This document shows positions 62,958 through 64,000 of a stretch of DNA of 64,000 nucleotides, piece after piece. The stretch covers positions 16,346,532 to 16,410,531 of the forward strand of contig CM119263.1 in NCBI GenBank assembly GCA_051294375.1, read 5' to 3'. A model generated the notes under the pieces. It ran no database searches. It was not told the origin of the DNA and was given only the letters and a program-made list of their open reading frames with translations. Both the position numbers and the translations under genes were made by a program. Each line of letters starts with the position of its first letter. Within the stretch, counting starts at the first letter, position 1. This stretch comes from Paraspadella gotoi (Eukaryota > Animalia > Chaetognatha).

Positions 62958-63610
62958 GGAAGAGAGAAGAGGAATAAGCCGAAGGAGAATATCCGAAAAA
63001 CGATAATGCAGCGATAAAGGCGAAATTAAATTAAACCTGATAAAATTGTAAAAATAAGTTTTGTTGCAAAAAAAAAATTTAGTTTTCGCAGAAACGAAAA
63101 ATTAGAACAAATTCAGAGAGACAGAAAAGATAAACATGACTTTAAACTGATCAATTAGTTGTTGTTATTAATGTGGTCTCTGAGACAAGCAACATGGTCC
63201 CAAGTACTGGTCATTTGGTCAGTAGATTCTTTTTAATTATTCTTGTCGCCTCTTTTCGTTCCTCGTCGGCTTCGGTTCTTCCTTCTCCTTAACTGTGGAA
63301 TCGCCTCCGCTTCTTATCTCTGCCTTTTGAAGTTTCTTTCCTTCCCTTTCCTTGTTTCCTCCATCCATTCTCTTTTTCCATTTTCTCTCTTTTTGTTTCC
63401 TCAAGTCCTTTTCTTACTCCCCTCTTGGTCACGACCTCCACGTTTAATGTTTCTAGTAGAGTTATAAGAATTAATTTGCTGAGGATCGTGTTTGACGGAC
63501 GTATCTGGACTGAATGAATGGAAGATTCGGAGTTTGGTAACAAAGACGAAGATATTGTGATGGGATGGATTTCAAGACGACGTTAATTAAATGAAGGAGG
63601 GGAGAAGGAG

Positions 63611-63663
<53 letters not shown>

Positions 63664-63811
63664 AGAAGGAGAGAGAGAAAGGAGAGGGAGCACGCTCTCC
63701 AAGACGAATCTGATATCCGCTAATTTATTCATCAAAAAGTCGCGGAAATGACTTATTTTTCCATTTGGAAAGAATTCGAGTCGAATNNNNNNNNNNNNNN
63801 NNNNNNNNNNN

Positions 63812-63848
<37 letters not shown>

Positions 63849-64000
63849 AACCAGAGGGGAATATCCGAACGATAATGGACGAAAAGGAAATTAAATTAAA
63901 CTGATAAAATTTAAAGAAATTTAGTTTTTGCAAAAAAAAATTTAGTTTTCGGCAGAACGAAAAATTAGAACAAATTCAGAGGAGAGAAAAGAATTAAACA

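Overview
Animal (invertebrate-like), AT-rich, intron-containing genomic DNA with TTAGGG-type repeats; no prokaryotic features or CRISPR. The first ~30 kb holds three spliced genes, reconstructed by hand: the 3' part of a futsch/MAP1-family gene (+), a four-CUB-domain SOL-1-like gene (-), and a receptor protein tyrosine phosphatase (+) with discoidin-like and Sushi extracellular domains and tandem PTP domains. Introns and intergenic DNA carry many non-autonomous elements: hAT MITEs with 8-bp TSDs, a TA-flanked MITE, larger TIR elements, tRNA-derived SINEs and Helentron/HINE-like repeats. The most notable signals are about ten copies of a Penelope-type minimal hammerhead ribozyme motif, several in inverted pairs next to telomere-like tracts, and a TTAGGG/spacer higher-order array. 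From ~32 kb to 64 kb there is no recognisable gene, only (GA)n microsatellites, repeats and N gaps with probable assembly duplications. Most listed ORFs there are microsatellite artefacts.
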